NCBI GenBank assembly: GCA_963765495.1
Contig: CAVXWP010000001.1
Location: forward strand, 352,001 to 416,000
DNA length: 64,000 nt
Origin: Blastocatellia bacterium
GTDB taxonomy: Bacteria > Acidobacteriota > Blastocatellia > UBA7656
Reading direction: 5' to 3'
The notes under the pieces are model-generated. The model was not told the DNA's origin and did no database searches. It saw nothing but the letters and a program-made list of their open reading frames with translations. Below are positions 40,611 through 49,566 of the stretch, piece after piece. The translations under genes and the position numbers were made by a program. Position 1 is the first letter of the stretch. Each line of letters begins with the position of its first letter.

Positions 40611-41836
40611 TGATGTTCTCCTGTAAGCGTTGACGAATCGTTCTCGAAGTATTCTTTAATACCATAACCGGCAAGCGCGCCATCACCCGATTTAAGCGTT
40701 TCCATAAAGAGAGAGAGATAGCGACCGGTCTCGGCGTGGCTGCTCAATTGAGTTTGAACAAGCTGTCGGCAGTTATCGCCAAATCGTTTTAACTCTTCTG
40801 AGGAAGCCCTCGCGGCCTCGTCTATCGCCCGGCGGCACGCGTGACGGTCTCCCGGATAAAAGAGAAAACCGTGACGGTCTTCTTCAAGCACATCGGCCAT
40901 GCCTCCGGCAGTCGAGGCAAGAAGCGGGAGACCGAGACCTGCCGCTTCAAGCAATACATTTGGCAGCCCATCGTAAAACGATGCGATCACGACCAGATCA
41001 CACGCCGGATAATGATTCAACAGGTCGTAGCGGTCTACGAAGGGGTATAGGCTATAGGCGATTTGCGTCTCGTGGCGAGCAAGCCAGTCGAAAATTTCTT
41101 CTTCCAGATCACCTACAAAAAGAAGGTGAAAGTTTTCGGCGTGACCCGATTCGATAAGGGTTTCAAGAAAGAAAAGCCCGCCTTTTTTCTGCTTGATCTG
41201 ACCAAACATGCCAAGCACACGTCGCCCGCCACCTGTCGTCGCCCGCCACCTGTCGGCGCGCGAAAGATGCGAGGGAAGCGGTTCCCACCCGCTCAAATCA
41301 ATCCCGTTTGGAATCCAGACCGGATCTAGCTCTGGAAAGAGCGCCCTGATCTTTGCGGCCTTGTCGCGGCTGACCGCGCAGATGCGCGCCGACCGCTTGA
41401 GCGCCTCTCGCAAAACGTCGCCGCGTTTGGGCGAGAATATCCCTATGTCGAAATCGTTCCCGCGAACAAGGGTGATGAGCGGAAGGCCGAGCCACGCGGC
41501 ATAGACCGGACCGGCAAGCATCGGAAGCACGCCGCCAAAGGCTACGATGTGAGTCAGGGGATTTGCCCCCGCATCGGCCGATATGACGTTCCACAAACAG
41601 TTCATCGCGTGCGCGGGGTCCTGCCCCACAGGACAGGCGATGTAGTTGCCGTTTCTTTTGGCTTCGATTTTTATCTCCTGTTGAGCGTGCGAGAAATGAG
41701 CTACGTCAACGAGAACGCCCGCCTGCCTGAGCGAGTGAACAATGCGGTCGCAGGACTGAGCCATGCCGCCACGGCTCGGATAGTAATTCTCAGTCAACCA
41801 GAGTAAGCGCAAGTTTGGCAGTGAAATGTCAGACAT
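40607..41836 (-). CDS. Glycosyltransferase family 4
   Basis: YYPSRGGM, IPNGID, KKGG, DGLPNVLLEA. Confidence 0.88.
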   Translation of the reverse strand: MSDISLPNLRLLWLTENYYPSRGGMAQSCDRIVHSLRQAGVLVDVAHFSHAQQEIKIEAKRNGNYIACPVGQDPAHAMNCLWNVISADAGANPLTHIVAFGGVLPMLAGPVYAAWLGLPLITLVRGNDFDIGIFSPKRGDVLREALKRSARICAVSRDKAAKIRALFPELDPVWIPNGIDLSGWEPLPSHLSRADRWRATTGGGRRVLGMFGQIKQKKGGLFFLETLIESGHAENFHLLFVGDLEEEIFDWLARHETQIAYSLYPFVDRYDLLNHYPACDLVVIASFYDGLPNVLLEAAGLGLPLLASTAGGMADVLEEDRHGFLFYPGDRHACRRAIDEAARASSEELKRFGDNCRQLVQTQLSSHAETGRYLSLFMETLKSGDGALAGYGIKEYFENDSSTLTGEHQ

Positions 41837-41848
41837 AAATCAAAGCTG

Positions 41849-42214
41849 TCAGCTATCGAGAAAGCCCGCGCCCTCCTCCTCTCCGTCGTCTATGTAATCG
41901 CCCTCTTTTCTATCGAAGGCGCGAACGTCGTAATCGTCATAATAGCTGTCGTTATAATATCCCGTGTAGAAAGGATAATAATCTGTCCTTGAATAATATC
42001 TGTGCCGGTAAGAATAGGCCCAGTTTGAACCGTATTGATTGTCGTCGAGTTCTTCCTGTCGCCTGGCGTTGCATTCGACACAGACAGGGCCGGTCGGCGG
42101 AAAGAACATATGCTCGGGGCAGACCGCCCGCCCGCAGACCGGGCAGGAATTGGCCGCCATTTTGTCGCAATTGCGGAGCACGAAAAAACCTTTTCTTACA
42201 GCGCATCTTGTCAT
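41849..42214 (-). CDS. B-box/AN1-like zinc-finger protein with Tyr/Asp-rich tail
   Basis: C...C...CPVCGRAVCPEH...CVEC followed by a tail with 14 Tyr; embedded in the operon. Confidence 0.75.
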   Translation of the reverse strand: MTRCAVRKGFFVLRNCDKMAANSCPVCGRAVCPEHMFFPPTGPVCVECNARRQEELDDNQYGSNWAYSYRHRYYSRTDYYPFYTGYYNDSYYDDYDVRAFDRKEGDYIDDGEEEGAGFLDS

Positions 42215-42216
42215 AA

Positions 42217-43089
42217 TTATTTTTCTCCATCCCCGGCAGGCTTGACTCGTCTGTACGCTCCCGCGACCAGATCGAGAAAATTATTCAGGTCGGGGACCGA
42301 ATCCAGAGTCGTAGATATTACGGCGCGGCGAAGACTCACGACGTTGCGTTTCTCTCCGGCGCGCGCAGCCACACGGTCGCCTTTGAATGTGCCCGAACTT
42401 TTATCGGCAAGGGCATAATCCGTGCGGCGCAACTGAACCTGCGCTTCAAACCGCGTCTTGATTTTGTACTTTGTCTTGGTCTTGCTTTTGCCGCTCGCGC
42501 TCCGCTTATTTATTACCCGCTTGCGAATATTATCTGTGATCATCCATTGCAGGCGCGAACCGTCGGCAAGCAGTGCTTCGCCTTCCATCCAGGGATTGGC
42601 GTAGAAAGTCTCTTTGATATTGCCGGGCATGTGTCGGGCTCGCGTGGGGAGGCTTGTCTCTTTCTCTTTTTCCGTGCCTTCCCGGAAATCGAGTTTCAGA
42701 TAGAGCGGCTGGCCCGGCTCCATCTCTTCTTTCAGGATCGAAATCAGAGGCACGGTGAACCGCCGGAGTCTATCCGACAAATCTCTTTTCTTTCTCGAAA
42801 TGTAAAATATCAGCAGAGGTATTCCCGCAAGTAAAACCAGCACGAAGGGGATAAAAAATCCGGTCACGGCAATAAAAAAAGTTATGGCAAGCAAAACTCC
42901 GGTCGCGCACCCCAATCTGCCAATGGTCTTTCTCGCGGCATCGCCTATGCGGTCGTATTCGGCCAGTTGCGCGAGCAAAGCGAACCACTGGTCGGGAGTG
43001 TAGGTTGCCTCAACCTGCTTTGACCCGAGTATCCGCAATTGGTCGGGAGTGAGCGTTTTATGGAGTTGATATTCCCGGATGATACTCAT
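42217..43089 (-). CDS. Two-TM membrane protein with basic C-terminal domain
   Basis: Hydrophobic hairpin at about aa 60-97; KRSASGKSKTKTKYKIK motif. Confidence 0.75.
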   Translation of the reverse strand: MSIIREYQLHKTLTPDQLRILGSKQVEATYTPDQWFALLAQLAEYDRIGDAARKTIGRLGCATGVLLAITFFIAVTGFFIPFVLVLLAGIPLLIFYISRKKRDLSDRLRRFTVPLISILKEEMEPGQPLYLKLDFREGTEKEKETSLPTRARHMPGNIKETFYANPWMEGEALLADGSRLQWMITDNIRKRVINKRSASGKSKTKTKYKIKTRFEAQVQLRRTDYALADKSSGTFKGDRVAARAGEKRNVVSLRRAVISTTLDSVPDLNNFLDLVAGAYRRVKPAGDGEK

Positions 43090-44309
43090 GCAAATTGCTC
43101 CTTTGTGCCGACAGTCGGTGAGGGATCGGTTGCCGAAAAAAGTTCAGGGCAGATCGAGCGATAGCATTCAATCAGAAGCTCCGTCGCTCGCCGCCACGTG
43201 AAATCCTGTTGAATGCGCATTCTCGCCCGTTCACCCATCGCCCGCAGATAGTCGGGATATTCGAGCAGCACACGAATCGCTCGCGCAAGCTCCGAGGGGC
43301 GGTCGGGTCGGACGAGGCACCCGTCTACCTGATCGGTTATTATTTCACGGACCGAGGGAAGATCCGAAGCAACGACCGGGACACCTGCCGCCATGGATTC
43401 CAGTACCTTTAACGGCGAGCAACCCTGCTCAAGATTGCGAGAGCATTCGGTAAGCGGCGCGATTGATAAAAGCGCGTGAGCGCGCCACGGAGCCAGTTCT
43501 TTTTCAGAGAGCCTGAAAAACCATAACACGCGGTGAGCAATCTCAAGTTTTTCGGCCAGCTTGTGATACGGCTTTGCGTAGCGCGGATGAGTGGACGCGC
43601 ACACTACCAGATAAAGATCATCCATATCGGCAAGTCTGCCGAAGGCTCGGAGCAATACGTCTACGCCCTGCCATCGCTGTAGAGCGCCGAAATAGATAAG
43701 ATAACGCGCGGGCGCACACGCTGGTCGAGGAGCCGGGTCCGCCTGTTCGGCTCCATTTGCGATGACCGTGATTTTGCGCGCAGGCGCGCCAAAAGCGATC
43801 AGATTCTCTCTTATCGTATGCGACGGAGTGATCACCCGGTCGGCGTTGGTCCAGCAAAATTCTTCCGCCGCGCGTATCCGGGCAAGCGTTTGAGGCGCGG
43901 CCTTCGGATAAGTGTAAGGAAGTTCTATCGAGGGAAGCCCGTTTACTTCATAGACGGTTTTATAAGGCCGGTCGCCGCGCGCGAGCACGGGAATCCCGCT
44001 CCAGGGATCGCGGAAATGACATATCCGCAACGAGTCGCTTTGTTGTTCCAACAGCGCGCCGAGCCTGCGACCGTACTTTTGAGTCCGTTCCAGAAAATTA
44101 GTGACCGGACGCGAGTAACGAAGAATTTCAATATCGCCTTCTCGCTGATAAACGGGCAATTCTTCATCGCCCAGAACATAGAGCAATCCGCCTCCCATGC
44201 AATCAAACAGTGTCTGCGCCATTCGATTGATGTGAGTCGCCGCGCCTTTTTGAGAGGGAAAGCGGTCAAACGCGGAATAGAGGGCGCGATGACTAAGTTT
44301 GAGCGGCAT
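43086..44309 (-). CDS. Glycosyltransferase family 4
   Basis: YEVNGLPS, YFGALQRWQG, PLKVLESMAAGVPVVASDLP. Confidence 0.9.
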   Translation of the reverse strand: MPLKLSHRALYSAFDRFPSQKGAATHINRMAQTLFDCMGGGLLYVLGDEELPVYQREGDIEILRYSRPVTNFLERTQKYGRRLGALLEQQSDSLRICHFRDPWSGIPVLARGDRPYKTVYEVNGLPSIELPYTYPKAAPQTLARIRAAEEFCWTNADRVITPSHTIRENLIAFGAPARKITVIANGAEQADPAPRPACAPARYLIYFGALQRWQGVDVLLRAFGRLADMDDLYLVVCASTHPRYAKPYHKLAEKLEIAHRVLWFFRLSEKELAPWRAHALLSIAPLTECSRNLEQGCSPLKVLESMAAGVPVVASDLPSVREIITDQVDGCLVRPDRPSELARAIRVLLEYPDYLRAMGERARMRIQQDFTWRRATELLIECYRSICPELFSATDPSPTVGTKEQFA

Positions 44310-44388
44310 ATCTACCAAACGTCCACGTAAAGATCGGGCGCAATAAAATTATGGGGTTGACTGCGAGGCGCCCGAACCCACGAGCGTG

Positions 44389-44416
44389 AGTATACTTTTC
44401 ACAGGGTGGAAGTCAA
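44389..44416 (-). promoter_or_regulatory. Putative sigma70 promoter of the glycosyltransferase operon
   Basis: Minus strand TTGACT, 16-bp spacer, TATACT. Confidence 0.55.
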
Positions 44417-44430
44417 GATATGACCGCGCT

Positions 44431-44523
44431 TGATGCGGGATTGTGATGCGTGGAGAGTGATACGTGATACGTGATACGTGAAAATATTCATCTCTCCGGT
44501 CACGCATCACGCATCACGCATCA
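44431..44523. repeat. Family A heptamer element
   Basis: gtgatacgtgatacgtgatacgtga ... tcacgcatcacgcatcacgcatca, downstream of the aldehyde dehydrogenase. Confidence 0.75.
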
Positions 44524-44531
44524 TCCCTGAT

Positions 44532-45896
44532 CTATTTGATCCAGACGGTCTTGATGTTCACAAATTCGCGTATGCCAAAGAGGCTCAGTTCCCGGCCGTA
44601 GCCGGAGTGTTTGACTCCGCCAAAGGGCAGACGCGGGTCGCTTGCCACCATGCCGTTGATAAAGACCGCTCCCGCTTCTATCTCTTCAATAAATCGAGCG
44701 CGCTCCGATTCGTCGTTTGTCCACGCGCTGCTGCCAAGTCCAAAGCTTGTGGCGTTTGCAAGCCGAATCGCTTCATCTATGTCGCGCACTCGAAAAAGCG
44801 AGGCCACCGGGCCAAACAACTCTTCTGTGTAAGCGGGGGCATCTTCGGGTATATCGGCAAGCACGGTCGGCGGATAATAATTTCCCGGCATATCCAGCCG
44901 TTTGCCTCCAGTGAGAGCGCGCGCGCCCGCATCAACGGATTTGCGCACCTGTTCTTCCAGCTCAGAGAGAATATCAGCCGTCGCAAGCGGACCGATGTCG
45001 GTCTTCTCATTCATCGGGTCGCCCACCTTGAGCGCCTGCATCGCTTCGACAAAGCGGCGCTCAAATTCATTCGCGATCTCTTCGGCTACGATGAAACGTT
45101 TGGCCGCGATGCAGGATTGCCCGTTGTTTATGGTGCGAGCAGTGACGGCCGTCCTTACTGCCTGATCGAGATCGGCGCTCGGCATAACTATAAACGGGTC
45201 GCTGCCGCCGAGTTCGAGCACGGTCTTCTTTATTTGCTTGCCTGCGCGGGAGGCTACCTTGCTTCCGGCGGGCTCGCTGCCCGTGAGTGTAGCCGCACGC
45301 ACGCGATCATCATCAATCACGCGACCGACTTTGTCTGAGTCGATAAGCAGCGCCTGAAATGCGCCTTCGGAAAACTCGGCGCGACGAAAGATTTCTTCTA
45401 TCGCAAGCGCGCACTGAGGCACGTTTGAAGCGTGTTTGAGAAGCCCTGAGTTGCCTGCCATAAGCGCGGGCGCGGCAAAGCGGAAGACCTGCCAGAAAGG
45501 GAAATTCCACGGCATCACGGCGAGCACGATTCCGAGCGGCTGGTAACGAATAAAGCTTCGCGCGGCATTGGTTTCAACCACTTCGTCAGCCAGAAAATGC
45601 TCGGCGTTCTCGGCGTAATAGCGGCAGACCCACGCGCATTTCTCGGCCTCGGCGACGGCAGATTTGAGCGTCTTCCCCATCTCGGTCGTCATTATGCGCC
45701 CGTACTTTTCTTTGTCGCTTTCCAGAATCTTTGAGGCTTGCATCATCTTTTGGGATCGCTCGCCAAAGGCCGTGCGCCGATACTTGTGAAAAGTTTCGTC
45801 CGCGAGTTTGAGTTTCTTCTCTATCTCGGCATCCGAAAGAGGCTCGAAGGTCTTGAACGTCTCACCCGTCGCCGGGTTGATGGTAGCGATTGCCAT
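44532..45896 (-). CDS. gabD: NAD(P)-dependent succinate-semialdehyde dehydrogenase (GabD1/Sad-like)
   Basis: [48 protein letters not shown]. Confidence 0.88.
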   Translation of the reverse strand: MAIATINPATGETFKTFEPLSDAEIEKKLKLADETFHKYRRTAFGERSQKMMQASKILESDKEKYGRIMTTEMGKTLKSAVAEAEKCAWVCRYYAENAEHFLADEVVETNAARSFIRYQPLGIVLAVMPWNFPFWQVFRFAAPALMAGNSGLLKHASNVPQCALAIEEIFRRAEFSEGAFQALLIDSDKVGRVIDDDRVRAATLTGSEPAGSKVASRAGKQIKKTVLELGGSDPFIVMPSADLDQAVRTAVTARTINNGQSCIAAKRFIVAEEIANEFERRFVEAMQALKVGDPMNEKTDIGPLATADILSELEEQVRKSVDAGARALTGGKRLDMPGNYYPPTVLADIPEDAPAYTEELFGPVASLFRVRDIDEAIRLANATSFGLGSSAWTNDESERARFIEEIEAGAVFINGMVASDPRLPFGGVKHSGYGRELSLFGIREFVNIKTVWIK

Positions 45897-45915
45897 TTGT
45901 TTCACCTGCTCTGAG

Positions 45916-46020
45916 TGCGTGATTCGTGATGCGTGATTTGTGAGTTACCAGGATTGCAATTTGTCTATAACAAGCAACCTCCATAAAAATCACGCATCAC
46001 GGATCGCGCATCGCGCATCG
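45916..46020. repeat. Family A heptamer element
   Basis: gcgtgattcgtgatgcgtgatttgtgag ... aatcacgcatcacggatcgcgcatcgcgcatcg. Confidence 0.8.
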
Positions 46021-46121
46021 TTTAGAGGTTTCTCAAGCGCCCAGGAGAAAAGCTTATCATAACTTTTTGATCGTCGCCGTCTTTGATAGCATGACCTGGC
46101 GGATCGAAGAAGGGAGCCAAA

Positions 46122-46979
46122 ATGTCTAAAGCTATTGACATGCACGTGCATTTGCCTACGGCGAGTTTTATCGACGGAGCCATCAAGCCGTTTGCATCGG
46201 CGGCAGAAAAATTCTTTCGCAGCAAGGTGCCGATCACAGACATGGCGGAAGTTGCGCGTTATTACGAGCAGATCGACATCACGGGAGTGTTGCTTGCCTG
46301 GGATGCCGAGACCGCTACGGGCCTGCCTCGGCTCACAAACGACGAGGTCGCCGATGTAGTGAAAGCCTACCCGCACCAGTTCATAGGCTTTGCTTCGGTT
46401 GATCCGTGGAAAGGCAAGTGGGCAATCGAAGAGATGGAACGCGCTATCACCGAACTGGGTCTTCGGGGCGCGAAATTTCATCCCGGCATACAGGCTTTTT
46501 ATCCTAACGATACGCGTTTTTATCCTCTGTATGAAAAGATCGCCGAGCTTAAAGTCCCAGCGCTGTTTCACACGGGGACAAACGGACTCGGGGCAGGCGA
46601 GCCGGGCGGCATGGGCGTCAAGCTTGATTACACGCGACCGATCTATCTGGATCACATAGCGGCTGATTTCCCAAATCTTACCGTCATCGGCGCGCATCCG
46701 GCCTGGCCCTGGCACGAAGAGATGCTCGCCATAATCGGGCACAAATCAAATGTATTCATGGACCTGTCAGGCTGGTCGCCTAAATATATTCCAAAAATGA
46801 TAATGGACGAGGCGCGCACCCGTTTGCAGGACCGCATACTTTTCGGAAGCGATTATCCGTTTATAACGCCTGAACGATGGCTCGCGGATTTCGACTCTCT
46901 GGAAGGATTTTCATCCGAGGTGCGGCAGAAAATTCTGCACGACAACGCCGCAAGGATTTTGAACATTAGACAGGATTAA
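46122..46979 (+). CDS. Amidohydrolase_2 family metallohydrolase (CouO-like)
   Basis: IDMHVH, KFHP, FHTG, AHPAWPW, DLSGWSPKY, FGSDYP. Confidence 0.88.
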   Translation: MSKAIDMHVHLPTASFIDGAIKPFASAAEKFFRSKVPITDMAEVARYYEQIDITGVLLAWDAETATGLPRLTNDEVADVVKAYPHQFIGFASVDPWKGKWAIEEMERAITELGLRGAKFHPGIQAFYPNDTRFYPLYEKIAELKVPALFHTGTNGLGAGEPGGMGVKLDYTRPIYLDHIAADFPNLTVIGAHPAWPWHEEMLAIIGHKSNVFMDLSGWSPKYIPKMIMDEARTRLQDRILFGSDYPFITPERWLADFDSLEGFSSEVRQKILHDNAARILNIRQD

Positions 46980-47040
46980 CAAGATTCAAGAAGATTAAAA
47001 AGAATCTTGTTCAATCCATAAAAATCCTGTTAATCCTGTC
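46969..47040. repeat. Family B 9-mer hairpin element between convergent genes
   Basis: gacaggattaaca ... tgttaatcctgtc perfect 13-bp IR; includes the amidohydrolase TAA. Confidence 0.8.
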
Positions 47041-47051
47041 AGAAACTCCGA

Positions 47052-47540
47052 TCAGTGATTGAAAAGCCAGTTTTCAAAGACGCGCGCTTCTTCGCTCTTG
47101 CCGCTCCACCGCGCTCGGTTGCGGCCCGTCAATGCCAGCACCTCGGCGTGGTGTTGACCCGCGCGATCACCTATGCGCTCGAAATAGTTGTAGAGCCTTG
47201 CGATCTCGGCCACCGATTCCCTAGCCGCTTCCACGGTCTTGAAAGAGAGCACATTGCGGAAGTGCCGGCTGTAGAGATTCTGGTCGCGTGCGGTCGTGGT
47301 ATAAAGATCGAAGTATCCCTTGAGCAGCCCGGCATTCTGTAAGACGCTCGCCACATAGCTGGGCCGGGTTCCGACCGTCCGCGCGATCTCTCCGAGGTCG
47401 GTAACACCCGCCCGGTGAAGATCGAGAATCTGGTCCTTCTTGGTGATCTTTGGCCGCGCGTTTTGCATCCGGCTCTCTTTGACGCCGTTGGCCATTGAGG
47501 GAAGGACGCCTTGATTGAATTGAATCTGTTGTTCCTGCAT
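47052..47540 (-). CDS. Hypothetical protein with N-terminal HTH, last gene of the SWIM-Rad52 operon
   Basis: GGAGGT RBS; KKDQILDL...DLGEIARTVGTRPSYVASVL is HTH-like; helical C-terminal domain. Confidence 0.75.
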   Translation of the reverse strand: MQEQQIQFNQGVLPSMANGVKESRMQNARPKITKKDQILDLHRAGVTDLGEIARTVGTRPSYVASVLQNAGLLKGYFDLYTTTARDQNLYSRHFRNVLSFKTVEAARESVAEIARLYNYFERIGDRAGQHHAEVLALTGRNRARWSGKSEEARVFENWLFNH

Positions 47541-47592
47541 TTTATAACCTCCAAGCTTCTTCCAGCAGCGAGGCGGAGAGCCTGGCGATCCG

Positions 47593-48582
47593 TCAGCCCG
47601 CGTGGCGGATTTCGGTTCGATCTTCGGCCAGAGCCTTGAGGTGATCTATGAATGCGCTTGCGGCGCGGCGCGAAAGCTCTTCGGGGCGGCATTCGAGTAC
47701 GGCAAGGCATTCGGCCTCGGCATTCACACCCTTGACGTTTGAGATAGCGCGAATTGCAACCAGTTGTTTGGGCGTCACAAGATCGGCCATCGTCTTTGCT
47801 ATCGCATCGCGGGGGAACGCAGGCTGATGACCCGAAGCAGTGTTACCGTTCTTATGGATCACTTCCTCATCCTCCTTGCGATATAGCTCGCGCGCGATGC
47901 CGAATTTGACCGCGGCGCGTTTGAGCGCATCGTGCTCGGCCTTCTTTATTCCCACCTCATCGTAAGCCGAACCTGTGCCTACGCCCTGCCGCCTCACGCC
48001 CCGTATCGTTATGGAAGCCGTGACGGCGACGAAATCTCCAATCTGCTTTACATCGGTAACCTCGTGCGACCAGTCGGGGCAGATGCGATCAAGCAAATCC
48101 GCAACCTTGTGCCACTCCACATAATCGACTTCGTGCTCGCGGCCTGCCCGGTCTGTCCAGCCTACACGTTGTTTTACGATCTCGGGCGAGACGGCTTCCG
48201 ATAACTGCTTCAGCATTCCGGCAAACGGAGCGGGAGCCAGAAAAGGCATCTGCGCCTGCTCATCCTGCGCACTCTCTTCCTGCGACTCAAGCGATGGCTC
48301 CTCGATATGCTCTTCGCCGGTTTCATTCTGCGGCTCGAGATGGAATTTCACCGCGAGTATATGCTCGCATCTGAAGCGAATCTCTTCGGCTGCGCGCTGC
48401 TCAAATTCGGGGCAACTGCACCGGACCCGCCCGTCTTCGTCGCGCCAGATTCGGAATTTCTCTTTTCTGATTCCAGACGAATAGACGTTGAACCCTTCAT
48501 AATCGCGCTCGACTCCGCCCATGGCCGCGATTGCTCTGGCCCTGTTGATAAGCAAATTTGAATCTTCGATTGCTGCGCTCAT
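47593..48582 (-). CDS. SWIM zinc finger fused to a Rad52/Rad22-family single-strand annealing domain
   Basis: CSCPEF...CEH (SWIM); YVEWHKVADLLDRICPDWS...RQGVG...KKAEHDALKRAAVKFGIARELY (Rad52/22); C-terminal TPKQL...ASAFIDHL module. Confidence 0.85.
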   Translation of the reverse strand: MSAAIEDSNLLINRARAIAAMGGVERDYEGFNVYSSGIRKEKFRIWRDEDGRVRCSCPEFEQRAAEEIRFRCEHILAVKFHLEPQNETGEEHIEEPSLESQEESAQDEQAQMPFLAPAPFAGMLKQLSEAVSPEIVKQRVGWTDRAGREHEVDYVEWHKVADLLDRICPDWSHEVTDVKQIGDFVAVTASITIRGVRRQGVGTGSAYDEVGIKKAEHDALKRAAVKFGIARELYRKEDEEVIHKNGNTASGHQPAFPRDAIAKTMADLVTPKQLVAIRAISNVKGVNAEAECLAVLECRPEELSRRAASAFIDHLKALAEDRTEIRHAG

Positions 48583-48806
48583 TTACCTATTTCTCCTTCA
48601 CAGATCGAATTTGGATTAACACGTTCGGAAAGCCCGACCCGCAAATCAAAGCCTCGCTCAACTCTGTGCGCGTCTGCTTGCTCTACCGCTTCAAGTCGGC
48701 TCTCAAGCTCGCTTACCTGACGCGCGAGCATCTTTATCCTCCGCCAGAGAGCGTCGAAACTTTCCCAGACCTCTTCAGAATGAGAGTGCTCAGAATGGGA
48801 GTGCAT
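48579..48806 (-). CDS. Small coiled-coil protein
   Basis: GAGG RBS; ATGA overlap with the downstream gene; LWRRIKMLARQVSELESRLEAVE heptads. Confidence 0.65.
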   Translation of the reverse strand: MHSHSEHSHSEEVWESFDALWRRIKMLARQVSELESRLEAVEQADAHRVERGFDLRVGLSERVNPNSICEGEIGK

Positions 48807-49002
48807 CGTTTAGCCTCTCTCTCTGCCCGCAGGCGGCCTGATCAAACCTGATCTTGCCCGAAACTCCGCCGGCATATTCGGCTAACGACTCCCTTGCCTC
48901 CAGTTGCGACGACCAGAACTCATATCCTTTCCAGCCGTCCCATCCGGTCAAATCCTCTGCCGTTTCCAGCTTCAATAACCCTCTTTCGCCCGCTTCTCTC
49001 AT
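48790..49002 (-). CDS. Small hypothetical protein, first gene of the operon
   Basis: GAGGT RBS at 49009-49013; sits just downstream of a good promoter; overlaps the next gene. Confidence 0.55.
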   Translation of the reverse strand: MREAGERGLLKLETAEDLTGWDGWKGYEFWSSQLEARESLAEYAGGVSGKIRFDQAACGQRERLNDALPF

Positions 49003-49018
49003 ACTATTACCTCACTGC

Positions 49019-49109
49019 TGTTTCATACGTGAAACATTGTACCATTGTTCCTCGTTTGTTTCAAGTATAAAATAAAGTGTTGCATGCAACACGGTTTTCG
49101 TGTTATAAA
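49019..49109. promoter_or_regulatory. Divergent promoters with palindromic operator-like boxes
   Basis: Leftward TTGAAA (49064-49059), 17 bp, TACAAT (49041-49036); rightward TTGCAT (49080-49085) and TGnTATAAA (49101-49109); dyads TGTTTCA-n4-TGAAACA (49019-49036), TGTTTCA-n4-TAAAATA (49057-49074) and perfect GTGTTGCATGCAACAC (49077-49092). Confidence 0.75.
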
Positions 49110-49140
49110 ATGGGACAAGGATTAAGGAGGTGCCTGTAGA

Positions 49141-49566
49141 ATGGGAGAATCCGCTTTAAATATCATTGAGTTAGGAGAGTATGTTAAGCGCAAGAGGCAG
49201 GACGAAAAGCTTTCCTTACGGCAGGTTGCGATGAAAATTCAGGTCAGCGCATCTACGCTTTCGCGCATAGAAAACGGCATAGGCATTCCCGACAGTGCTA
49301 CGCTTGCGCGTCTTGCGTCCTGGCTTGGGATACCGCTTGAGAGGCTGATGAGAGGGTCTTTCTTAGGTGAAACAGTCGAGGGAATAGCCGCGGGGCCAGG
49401 CATAGAGCCTGTTATCTATTATCCGACCGAATCTACGCCGAACATAGTCGAAGCTCATCTGCGAGCCGACCGCAATCTGAAGCCGGATATGGCAAAGGCC
49501 CTGGCCGAGTTGTTCCGTGTTGCATACACGCAATTCTCCGACAAACAGACCGATCAAAATGGCTGA
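49141..49566 (+). CDS. XRE-family HTH repressor (DdrO/ImmR/CapH-like architecture)
   Basis: AAGGAGG RBS; LSLRQVA...VSASTLSRIENG...PD..TL..LA HTH; small C-terminal helical domain. Confidence 0.9.
   Translation: MGESALNIIELGEYVKRKRQDEKLSLRQVAMKIQVSASTLSRIENGIGIPDSATLARLASWLGIPLERLMRGSFLGETVEGIAAGPGIEPVIYYPTESTPNIVEAHLRADRNLKPDMAKALAELFRVAYTQFSDKQTDQNG

Noticed and set aside
49516-49530. cgtgttgcatacacg dyad resembling the operator half-site inside the XRE gene
   Set aside because: Lies in coding sequence and is only a partial match; likely chance.
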